Shown in pieces: positions 52,730-63,510 of a stretch of 63,510 nt of DNA. The notes under the pieces are model-generated. The model was not told the DNA's origin. It did no database searches and saw nothing but the letters and a program-made list of their open reading frames with translations. The stretch lies in NCBI RefSeq assembly GCF_001194135.2, contig NC_068984.1, positions 27,208,045 to 27,271,554 of the forward strand, given 5' to 3'. Position 1 is the stretch's first letter. Each line of letters opens with the position of its first letter. A program made the position numbers and the translations under genes. Origin of the DNA: Octopus bimaculoides (lineage: Eukaryota).

Positions 52730-54002
52730 CTTATAACCCTTACTTATTACGAAATTCTTAAAACATTTATATAAGTGGTAGTCATGTATTGCAATATTTC
52801 ATTCTTTTTAGAAATCGCCAGCATGACCTATCTAGCGATTTATTAAAAAATTTTATAAAGCAAAATATTTCTTATAGACGGAAAATAATTGCAGTCTGGA
52901 AGAAACTGCTTTTCTCTTTGTTTCTTTTGTTCTTAGAGCATTAGCAGTTTAGCAATCGAGAGATAAGAAAGCGAAAGCTCTTAGTACAATATTCAGGTTG
53001 TTTTGTCTTGTGAAAGTGTCTTATAGTAGCTAATATTTTAGTTTTTGCTACAAACAATATTCACAAACAGTTTTCGAGAAAGCGTTATAACAAAACATTT
53101 ATCTAACGTTTTAAAACAGGGTTATTTGAGAAACATATTAAACATTTATTTTTATTATGCTTTGACAAAAAAACAAAAACACAAAGGCAAGCGAGATACG
53201 GTGAGTATATTAACTTAAAATAATAAATAATAAATACATTGATAGACTAAAAGTTGGTTCATGCACTTGCTCTTTTAACCTTTTCCTTTATTCTTTCACT
53301 ACGTAATCCCAATATACAAAATGTGGCCTTGTAATCGTTTGGTCTGCCTACGTTTGTACTGGAATAAAAAAAAAAAGGAAAATAGAGAATTTAAAGAACG
53401 GAAGTATTCGATAAATAAACTATTTCAGTTTTCTCTTATGTCTTTCTTTGATCTCGTATCACTGCAATACATTTTTATTATTTTTTGCAAGTAAATATGC
53501 ACACTAGTTCTTGCTTGTCTTTGTTATTCTGACATTGCAAAATAAAAAAGTAAGCATATTAAATATTTCTCAAGTAAACCCGCCCTTTTGAAACCGCAAA
53601 TAAATATGTTTTTAAGACAGTTTTTTTTAATATTATTTTCTCTTAAAATATTTCAAAATTCGGTATTCTGAGCATTCGGTCTTTCAAGATATCTATATCC
53701 TAATGTTTAGGTAATTTGAAATTCGGTTTACGCACATTCAGCCGTCTCGCATTCAGCTTTATGATCAGTATCCTATTAACATATGTGAGTGTGTGTGCAC
53801 GCGCGTATATGTGTTTCCTTGCTTTGATATCGTATGCAAATTGTAAACTAACTTCACCATCGTATAGATGATGATTGTTTGCAGTCTTCCATGGAAATAT
53901 GTTCACGTTAGCTGAGGATTTCTTATTTGGAAACGGATCGAGCTTGGTGACAGGAAGAGCATCTGGTTATAGAATATCTACTTCAATAAATTTTGTGTGA
54001 CA

Positions 54003-54196
54003 AGGCGGCAGAACTGTTAGGACGCCGGGCGAAATGCTTAGCGATATTTCATCTGTCTTTACGTTCTGAGTTCAAATTCCACTGAGGTAGACTTTGCTTT
54101 TCGGGGTCGATAAATTAAGTACCAGTTGTGTACTGGGTCAATCTTATCGACTGGCCCCATCCCCTGAAATTTCGGCCCTGTGCTAGAGTAGAAAAG
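54003..54196 (+). mobile_element. SINE family B with perfect 18-bp TSD
   Basis: aataaattttgtgtgaca at 53985-54002 and 54197-54214. Confidence 0.95.
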
Positions 54197-55012
54197 AATA
54201 AATTTTGTGTGACATATGCATGCATGGAAAAGAAGGCATTAAAACTCTACTGTTGTACGAGTTTTCTCACATTATCTTCAGAGTGTTAGCAGATATACAA
54301 AATAGTTCACTATTTTATAGATAATCTTTACCTATGTCATATCACCTTTGATTTGTTATATACTATAGTATGTTGCTTGAGGAGAAGTATTTTGTGTCTT
54401 TTAGAGTGGGTGATGCAAGCGATACTATCAATGATTTCTGAGTTGAAATTCCATTGTAGTTGGTAATATTTTCCCTTCGTGAGTGTCTGTAAGTGCCAGT
54501 AATATACTATCCAAAACTTCAAGGACATGTAGCATATTTGATTATCTTTGAGACATTTTAAAAAGTTTTGCATAATATGTTCAACATATTATGGATTATC
54601 TGAAAGATTAAAGATATTTGAAAAACTATTGAGGTAAGGTAGGGACTGCATAAGAAGACTACGCCCATTATGTATTATTGCAATGTAATGACTGAAATTG
54701 ATGTTGAGTATTTGCAGTATAGTCGCCAAGATGTAGAAGCAAAAAGAAAAAGAAAAAATATTTTCCTTTAAGATGATTGATTCTGTTTCCCATGTTACAA
54801 ACAATTTGTCAAACGATATCAGTGTGTTATCAGATTAAGGGATTTTGGAAGAAACACCAGTATGCCAAATCTTACAATCTTCTGTGCTGCGATTTTAAAT
54901 CTGAAGTCACTAAAATTACGATGTTGTGGTTTAGCTCCACCTCAACTCTGGTCGAGTAGACATACAATCAATGCCATTTCAGTTACAAATATCCCATTTT
55001 ATTTATTTATTA

Positions 55013-55776
55013 GGATCCTTGTGATTTGACGGGCAACATTTTTTCATGTAGTGTTTTTGGTACCGAAACACTTTCAAACTTCGAATACTTGTATATTTTG
55101 TGTTATAGAACAGATAAAAAATTTTGTGTTCGAAATTATTTCATGTAAAAAATTGTCGTATTTCGGTGAAAACAATTACGCCGTGGAATATAAACAACGG
55201 TGTTACGGGATTTTTTCCCTTGAATAAGATTAGTCCCGTTGTTTGTCAACAAAAACTATCAGTTGTCAACAACAACTATCAGCGGTATATTTTTCGTTTG
55301 TCACTGTTATTTATGACATCGTTCGTGCGTTTGTACTGGTTTTAGCATTAGGTTTTAGGGTTATGGTTCGGGTTTAGAGTTAGGGTTAGTTTTAGGATTA
55401 CGGTTAGGGTTATGATTATTTTTGCCATAACCTTAACTCCAACCCAATAACTCATAACCATAACCCTAACCCTAACCCCAACCCTAACCCTAACCCTAAA
55501 ACCCTAACCCCTTACTAGGGAATAATGATATAATTAAACAGGGAATAACACACCTGACACCGAACAGCAGTAACTGTATTCAGCTGAATAGACGTCAGTG
55601 ATTGGTTGAAATTACAGAAATACGACAACTTTAACATAAAATAACTTGCGATGTATAATTTTTTGCTAAGAAGGCTAAGAGAAAAAGTTGTTTTGTATGA
55701 CACATTCTACCGGTGTCCCAAGTTTGAAAGTGTTTCGTTAAGAAAACAAGTGTTGCCCGTCAAATCACAAAGATCC
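55013..55776. mobile_element. Non-autonomous foldback/TIR element with inverted telomere-like core
   Basis: 26-bp terminal inverted repeats GGATC(C/T)TTGTGATTTGACGGGCAACA (one mismatch), further inverted blocks (gaaacactttcaaactt; ttgtcgtatttc), core of TTAGGG-like then CCCTAA-like repeats. Confidence 0.85.
55341..55512. repeat. Head-to-head degenerate telomeric repeats (TTAGGG)n / (CCCTAA)n
   Basis: G-rich tract 55341-55418, short spacer, C-rich tract 55427-55512. Confidence 0.9.
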
Positions 55777-55778
55777 CA

Positions 55779-56607
55779 GGTACCCAAAAATAACCGGAAA
55801 CGTTCTCTATGGGACAAGTCCATTGTAGTTCAGACTTCCTCCGCTAGAAGTCACCTGATGCAACCCTTAGGTATCAGTCTGCTGACCGGCGTCGTCCAGT
55901 GATGTCGTACTGCCACGTAGTGCATCTTTGTTTTGCAGTGCTTCTCTTCTGTCGATTTTTTCGATGGCTGAAACGAAGGAACAGCATGCTTCCGTAAAAT
56001 TCTGTTATCTGTCGGAGCAAACGGCAACCGAAACGGTTGCCATGCTTCAAACAGCTTACAAGGATGTTGCCATGAGCAAAATACGTTTACAAGTGGTTTT
56101 TACGCTTTAGGAATGGTCACTTTTCGCTTGAAGATCAATCTCGTTCAGGGCGACCGTCGACCCCACGAACGAATGAAAATATCACGAAAATTCATGAACT
56201 GATCTTGGAGGACCGTCGCCAAACAATTGACGAACTTCTTGATATGACTGATGTGTCGTGGAGCCCCAGCTAATGAATTTTGAGCGAGGGGTTGCGAATG
56301 AAAATAGTTGCAGCAAAATTTGTGCTTCACTTGCTCACAGAAGATCAAAAGCAATCTCGACTGAATGCGTGATGTGAACTGCGACTTATTTTTGTTACCC
56401 CGAATGAAAAAAGTCCTGAAAGGAAAACGTTTTGCAGATGTGGAAGAGAAGAAAAGAACAACGAAGGTGCTAAAAGTGGAAAACACGTCTGGACCTATGC
56501 ATTGCTTCAAATGTATAATACTTTGAGAGTGATAAAAATGTAAACAAATAAACCTAAGTGAATAAAATTATATTACAAAATTTCGGGATTTTTTAGTATC
56601 CCCTCGT
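55779..56607 (+). mobile_element. mariner transposon relic with internal deletion of the catalytic domain
   Basis: ATG at 55964: MAETKEQHASVKFC...TATET..ML..AY...W..RF.NG..SLED..RSGRP...EDRR.TIDEL...MKIVAAKFVLHLLTEDQK, fused near 56379 to CDLFLLPRMKKVLKGKRFADVEE; TIR-like ends gtacccaaaaataaccggaa / ttcgggattttttagtatcccctcgt. Confidence 0.93.
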
Positions 56608-58750
56608 CAAAACTACAATTTATAGTCACAAGACAAGTGTGAAAATAATTTCTTTGAAAGGCATTAAAATATGTGAATACACTTTTATATATTTCTTTTA
56701 TTTTTTTCTTTGTCCAGCACTCTCAGTATTTACAGTTCTAAATATGGGAATGTCAGAAATGTCACAAGGTAACAGATTTTCAAACTGAATTGTACGAAAA
56801 TAATAGAACCTTAATTATGTCCCTAGTGGTGGCAATGGTAGAATTTTGGCAACATACTATCATAACTGCCAGAAGCAAATAATGGTTAACATAGGAATGT
56901 TTGAGATATAAATGATAGTAATTAAAATGATTTAATCAGATCAAGTTCTGGTTTTGTCTAATTTTAGATATTGTTGCAAATTATTTTCTTATTATTAGTA
57001 ATTTTAGCAATTTTCCCTTGAGAGGGTTTGGCAATACTACTGCTTTAAGGTTGACTTAGATTAATACTTAGATACTTTCTCCTTTTGCAGAATGTTTAAA
57101 TGAGAGAAGTAACTATGAAATTGATGTTGCTGCTGTGTATATTGTTGAAGGATACAGTTGTTATTTAATTCCATGTCAGTTCAGATCAAGAGGATCTATT
57201 ACACAAAAGCATTTCAGATTGACCAGATGGTCTTTTTTCTTAGGCATTGTATGTCTAAGGCTACGTTATTCAATTTACAACAACAGACAGTTGAACTTGT
57301 TAATCATTAACCCTTTAATTCATATTTAATCCACCTTAACATATCAAACTGGTTATATTGTCCTTGGCATAAACATTTTTATAATGGCATCAGAGAGAGC
57401 ACAGTCATCAGATGTTCTTTCATATGACATGTTTTTATAGTTAGATAGACTGAACTAGTGATTTGACGAAATGTAGAACCAGGAGCTGTATATGAACCAC
57501 AAATCCTTTGGTCAGTAGTCTGACATCTTGTCAAGTTACCTTATTATAGCTGCAACTTTCAGCCAACAAACATCCAGTCCATAGTAAATTATCTGTACTC
57601 AGATGTAGAACATGCTGTTCTGTTATTCTTTCTACAGATGTCTTATTACACATTGTGCAAAATAATATGTTCAGTGAGGACAGTTAATCGAATGTTCATT
57701 AGCAATTCTCGTAATCAAATGTTTAGTTTGATATAAGATCAATTGAGATATAATAAAGACACACACACACACACAAACAGAATTTATGATTTTCATAATT
57801 CTCTATAAGAACATAAACAAACAGCCACATCAAACATAAACACTTTATGAGATAGAAATATAAACAAATTGATAAATAGACAGATGCAATTTTGCACCAT
57901 TTTTAATGGGGTGATGTAATATTCTTTAAAAAGTCTTAGTTAATCTAAATCTACTTAAACAACCTTCTATCATTGACTCACGACATTGATATGATATGAA
58001 CAAAACAATGTCAATATTGGCCTCACTTTGATCTGTCCATTCACTTTTTCACATCTCTTTAACTCAGTATTTCTTGAAAGGCCAATTGATAATTCCTTTC
58101 TGGTTGATGAACAATTTCTGCATTTACCGTTAATGTTTTACTATTATTTATTATCAAACTTCTCACACAAACCTCATAAATGCTATCCTATGCAGGAAAA
58201 GAGAAAGTTTATTTTCAAGGGTAGTTTTAATCTGATTATTTTTCTAACTTTTACCCAATTTCTTCATTTACATCACTCAAATACTAAACTATTTCTAGTA
58301 GTGAAGCATCTGAAGTGAGAATCAATGTATTTCATTGTAGTATTTGCCAGTATATGAAATGTGGTATTTATATTTCTAAATCTATAAAAAAGTTATCTGG
58401 GTCTAATGTGGCTGTGAGACTAAATGTCATAGGCTAGAGAACCAGATAAGCCTAAGTCTACTAGATATAATAATTGTTGCTAGTAATAAATATTGAAAAG
58501 AAGCCAAACTATCACAATCAGAACACACCTAAGAAAAATTGCTTACAGTTCGTTGAAGATATATGTAGAAGTCACATCATATCACTAGACCACCTTCCAC
58601 AGTATACATAACCTACACATGATATGTATGTCTTACATTATTTAATGAATATGTTACCTTTTTGAGAGACATAGATTTTAATTGTCAAAATGAAAAATTC
58701 TCTAAGAAAGATGAATGGAATGAATAGGACATTGACAAACTTTCATTCAC

Positions 58751-59100
58751 AGGAGTGGCTGTGTAGTAAGAAGCTTGCTTCCCAAACACATGGCACCTTG
58801 GGCAAATGTCTACTATAGCTCTGGGCTGATCAAAGCCTTGTGAGTAGATTTGGTTGGTGGAAACTGAAAGAAGCCCATCATATATATAGTTATGTGTGTG
58901 AGTTTGTCTCCTCAGCATCGCTTGACAACTGATATTGGTGTGATTACATCCCTGTAACTTAGCAGTTTGGCAAAAGAGAGCAATAGAATAAGTACTAAGC
59001 TTACAAAGAATAAGTCCTGGGGTTGATTTCTTTGACTAAAGGCTGTGTTCCAGCATGGCTGCAGTCAGATGACTGAAACAAAAAAAAAAAATAAAAGAAT
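58751..59100 (+). mobile_element. SINE family A, full length except for deletion of the B-box segment
   Basis: aggagtggctgtgtagtaagaagcttgcttcccaaacacatgg|caccttgggcaa...gttccagcatggctgcagtcagatgactgaaac...ataaaagaat. Confidence 0.9.
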
Positions 59101-59172
59101 GTCAACTGTTTGCAATCAGTGGATGACAGCAAAGTGATAGTAGTAGTGCACCATTCTCATGGCTAATAGTGA

Positions 59173-59254
59173 TTATGCAAAACACCACAGCCAGAAATAT
59201 GAGGGTTTTACATCCTCTATGGGAATTCCTTTGACACAAAGATAAACAACCACA
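59173..59254 (-). CDS. Candidate terminal exon of a second unidentified minus-strand gene
   Basis: Acceptor ttttttctgatcaacag|; phase-2 frame VVVYLCVKGIPIEDVKPSYFWLWCFA*; joins in frame to the 59629 donor. Confidence 0.25.
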
Positions 59255-59628
59255 CTGTTGATCAGAAAAAAAGATCAAGCTGAGATATGGTGGTCCCAAA
59301 ATGTATCTGTTTATGATAAATTTATGGTTCCACTCTTTATTCCTGTTCACTGTCACAAGAGCGAATTTATATGCACAGAATTATAAATTTTTCCTAGCAA
59401 AACCACTTTAAAATGTCTTTAAGTAAGTGTATGATCAAGCATACTAAATATATTTCTCCTCAAAACATAACTGTAAAATAGGGGTGTGTCATATGTGAGA
59501 GTACTTCTTGTACATTAAATAAAGTATATTGTCATTGCTTATCAGCCCCAGGTCATTTTTGACAGATAGAGCAAACAGGTCTTTAATCATATGTATTCAA
59601 ACTATGACCAGCTCTTTTTACTACTTAC

Positions 59629-59804
59629 ATAAGTAGTAGAATCACTGTGTTACCAAATATAAGATGACCATCTGATTCATGGCTGCTTTTAGTGGTGTCC
59701 CCTAATGCAGTTGATTGGATTAAATTTCTGATCTGAGGGTAACTTATTCCCTTCCACCACTCCTCAGAGGCTTGAAAAGGGCCATTGGTATTACCCTGCT
59801 TCTT
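59629..59804 (-). CDS. Candidate internal exon of the second minus-strand gene
   Basis: Acceptor ttattcttcaatcag|, consensus donor AT|GTAAGT; only one frame open: KKQGNTNGPFQASEEWWKGISYPQIRNLIQSTALGDTTKSSHESDGHLIFGNTVILLL. Confidence 0.3.
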
Positions 59805-60735
59805 CTGATTGAAGAATAAAAATATCATACCTAAGTCATTGTATGAATTACCTTACTCCTTAAATAAGGTATTCTGTGAGTTTAAAGCTATCTGGCTGCT
59901 TTTTCTAGTAGGATGAGTGACTACATTAGAGGGACCGTTTTTGGTTTGAAGCTTTTGAACATAGAAATATGAGTTAGCACCACCCAGATGTTGTTTGAAA
60001 CAATTTATTTGCTCTTTGAATGTTGAATGACTATTGACAGTAAGAATAACTTGGGAGTTTCCTCTGTGTAAGCCTAAGAGTATGAATAACACTGTTTCCA
60101 AATCAATGGATGTGTAGATAAATGGCATAAAGAGAATGAATGAGTAGCTTGACACTGATGTAAGATATTCAGAAAATATGAAATGAATTAATTAAGGACA
60201 CAATAAACAGATTGGTATTGATGAATAAACAGTGAACATTTATTGTTGTAATGAGATATGAAAGTAATTAATGTATTGTTGGTATTTTAATGTCTATATG
60301 TAAATGTGTGTGTGTGTGTCTCTATTTATATAAATGTGTGTCTATATATATATATATCTACATTTATATGTGTGTGTATATATATATCTATATATATAAA
60401 TGTGTGTGTATAATTATCTATATTTATGTGTGTGTGTGTGTATATATATCTATTTATATACATATGTGTATACACACACATGCATACATGTATATACATA
60501 TATTTATTTTCACGTTTATAAATATATATAATTTACATAAATATATGTATGTTTATATTTTCATATATACATACCTATATATTTGTATAAGGAAAATACA
60601 TATGCATATATTACATATTAATATATTCACATACAAAACTCAAAAGACTACAAACAAGCATGCACTTATTTATATTATATATGTATGTGCACGCGTGAGT
60701 GAATGCCTGTGTGTATGTGTGTATATATAAGTGTT

Positions 60736-60770
<35 letters not shown>

Positions 60771-62879
60771 ATGTATACATACATATAAACTCAAGCATGC
60801 ATGCAAACATGCACATACATATCTATACAGTTCATGCAGTTTTCTTACTTTTATAGGCAAATATGTAAACAACATTAGTTTATCAGCACTAAACAAAAAA
60901 AAGCTATTATACAGCAACAAGAACTGAACCAGAAATAAAAGATCTTTTCAATATAGAATCCCAGGATGTTTACATTGTCATAAACAGCCATATATCATAG
61001 TTATGTTTTGTGACTGAAGTTAATTCTTCTAACTCCACTCTTCCTCATCTCTTATTTATTTGCAACCCATAAATATTCTCTATTTCATTGAAAACTGAAC
61101 TGAAATCTCATTTATGTGTGATTTATTTACAATTTTTAATGAAATAATATTGATAAAACAAAATGGTTTAATCAATAAATTATTGGTGAAAGGAAAGAAC
61201 CTTCTGCCACTGACATAAGAGATGAATCACCAAGAGATTTCCTCTATGATATTGCTACTCTAGTTTTATATACTTACAATATGGCAGCTATATTATGCAT
61301 TCAGCTGTTGACAGTAAGTGAGATTGCATCAAATTTCATTTTAATTTTTTTATATTTCAGGTAACTAAATACCAAAATTATATCAGTTATAGAGATAATT
61401 ATAACCATAGTTACAATATAAATTTTGGGATGAAAATTCCTTTATTAGAAATCTATGAACTATTTTTGTGACTTTAACCTCTCATAAATATGTAAATATA
61501 TGCCAATCCATCTGCAATATATCTGAACAAAAGAGAAAAAATTATCAAAAAGAAATTCATGTGAAAAAAGGAAAAAAAGGAGGAAAGAATGAGAATCCGG
61601 TGAAAGAAAGCCTTATCGATGTGATTGGAAATTTTGCATTGAAAACTATTTTACTGCTTTTGATATAGATTAAAATTTTCGTTTGAAAGAATCGAGATAT
61701 TTATCTTGTTTTATTACATAGATGGCTAACTTACATAGGCAGGAACCTTCACTGTAAAATATCATATCACATACACAAGGCACAGTATTTGAATGGTTAA
61801 AGTGGCTGATTACTGATTCAGAAATCATCACTTCAAATACCAACACTGGAATTATGCTTTGAACTTAAGTAAGGCCTCATTACTCTTCTCAGGTCAGTAA
61901 GCTTATTAGAAAATAAATACTCTTTCCATTTTATTTCTGAGTGGTTAGTAACACGAAAGGCATTTACTTTAAAACTCGTGTGCTTTAACTTTTTAGTTTT
62001 AATTATATGTAGTGCCATTAATGGAAGTTATTCTGATGTGTTAGAGATTACTCCTATTATTTTTTTATACGTTAAGCTATTAAGATGCTTCTCACACATA
62101 ATATACCAGCCTGTTGCAGCATTTATTTATAGGCGGTATTCCTTTTCATTTTGCATGCACATATATTATTCAAGATATACAAGAGAAGACAACTGTCATG
62201 ACACCTAGCGTTCCACACAAACAAAATACTTATAAATTACACAATGCCCTTACTGTTTACACTGTTGACTGTAATCTTCCCATGGCATCAATCAGCAGCT
62301 AGGTGGACAGGCATTGATAGCTCTACGTCCCTACTTGGGACATTGAAATGCATGTAACTGATAGAGCATGAACCATTGATTAACAACAATTCAACTGAAA
62401 TAATTCTAGCTAATGACCAAACCAGTTCCTACACTTGCATATTCTAAAATATTTACATAAATTTGTATTTCCTAAAATCTAGTTATTATATTCATTTCCC
62501 TAGCTTCATGAAAATAATATATTTGTAAAAGAAAATAAAAGCTTAAACATAAAAACAGAAACTAGGTAGAGTTGAAGAAAAATAAAACTAAAATCTGTTA
62601 TATAGTCACCGATGTGCTTATGTAGGAATACATTGCAAAACAGCTAATTTTATTTCGTTCCCTTTGATCACCTGCATTGATTGGAACTTCAATAATGTCT
62701 ATCTCACTTGTCTTGAGGAGGGGAAGCTTGGAGGCCATGTTCATAGTTCTTTGCCTTAGATCAATCAATGAAAAAAAAAAAATATATATATATACTATTT
62801 CACTAGTTTCACTCACTTCACTGTAGCCATGAAAGGGCATGACTTGGGAGGTTTTGTTGGTCAAATTGATCTCAGTATT

Positions 62880-63160
62880 TATTTTTATATCTGGCCCTTA
62901 TTCTATCGGTGTCTTTTTGCCGAACTGTTAAGTTATAGGAATGTAAACAAATCGACTGTGACTGTCAAGTGATGCATAAAAACAAAGAAGCACACACATA
63001 CACTTATATGTAGGCTTCCACCTAGTTTCCATCTTATAAATATATTCACAAGGTAGTATTGGCATATGGATATGATAGAAGATACTTGCCCAAGATTCTG
63101 TACAGGGTAACTGAATGTACATCCTTGTGTCTCTGAAGCAAACTTTCTAGGTGCAATCCC
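62880..63160 (-). mobile_element. SINE family A (diverged)
   Basis: ccttattctatcggtgtctttttgccgaactgttaagttatagg...atagaagatacttgcccaag. Confidence 0.8.
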
Positions 63161-63258
63161 ATGGTCAGTCATGACAGAAGGGGGTCTCAGCTCAGCATGT
63201 GTGTGATGATTTGTAGTGAAGTGTCTATGTATGTATATATACACACACATATATATAA

Positions 63259-63482
63259 TCATCATCATCATCATCGTTTAACGTCCAGTTTCCATGCTAG
63301 CATGGGTTGGACGATTTGACTGAGGACTGGTGAAACCGGATGGCAACACCAGGCTCCAATCTGATTTGGCAGAGTTTCTACAGCTAGATGCCCTTCCTAA
63401 CGCCAACCACTCCTAGAGTGTAGTGGGTGCTTTTACGTGTCACCCGCACGAAGGCCAGTCAGGCGGTACTGGCAACGGCAAC
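63259..63482 (-). mobile_element. RTE LINE 3' tail copy (young)
   Basis: (CAT)n cgtttaacgtccagtttccatgctagcatgggttggacgatttgactgagg...gcccttcctaacgccaaccac. Confidence 0.88.
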
Positions 63483-63510
63483 AGATGAATATTTTTCTTC
63501 CTTTTTTAGT

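Noticed and set aside
55341-55512. True ancestral chromosome end-to-end fusion site
   Set aside because: The tract is short and centred within TIRs, which favours a transposon origin.
61335-61366. Recursive-splice-like sites (tttcag|GTAACT at 61360; similar near 37470 and 45255)
   Set aside because: AG|GT after T-rich tracts is common by chance in AT-rich DNA, and host strand and intron structure are unknown.

Overview
AT-rich, microsatellite-dense animal genomic DNA with three assembly gaps. The repeat repertoire (tRNA-headed SINEs, RTE LINE tails ending in (ATG)n, TA/CA/CAT/ATT microsatellites) suggests a coleoid cephalopod such as Octopus; this is inference from composition and remembered repeat motifs, not a database hit. 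Most listed ORFs are microsatellite artefacts. Well supported: relics of RTE, CR1/L2-group and R4/Dong-like LINEs, Tc1 and mariner transposase relics, a Helitron PIF1-helicase fragment, Tc1-type and piggyBac-type MITEs, and three SINE families. No host protein could be identified. A phase-consistent chain of minus-strand candidate exons (16.0-35.7 kb) and CpG-retaining promoter-like blocks at about 3.1 kb and 47.7 kb suggest host genes at low confidence, and competing plus-strand exon candidates exist. Most interesting: (1) a tRNA-headed SINE-like element ending in a degenerate minimal hammerhead ribozyme, plus a second hammerhead relic; (2) a 764-bp foldback element whose core is head-to-head telomeric repeat; (3) a 62-bp exact local templated insertion fused to an RTE 3' end; (4) a LINE whose tail matches SINE family A; (5) CpG-retention domains that appear to record methylation.
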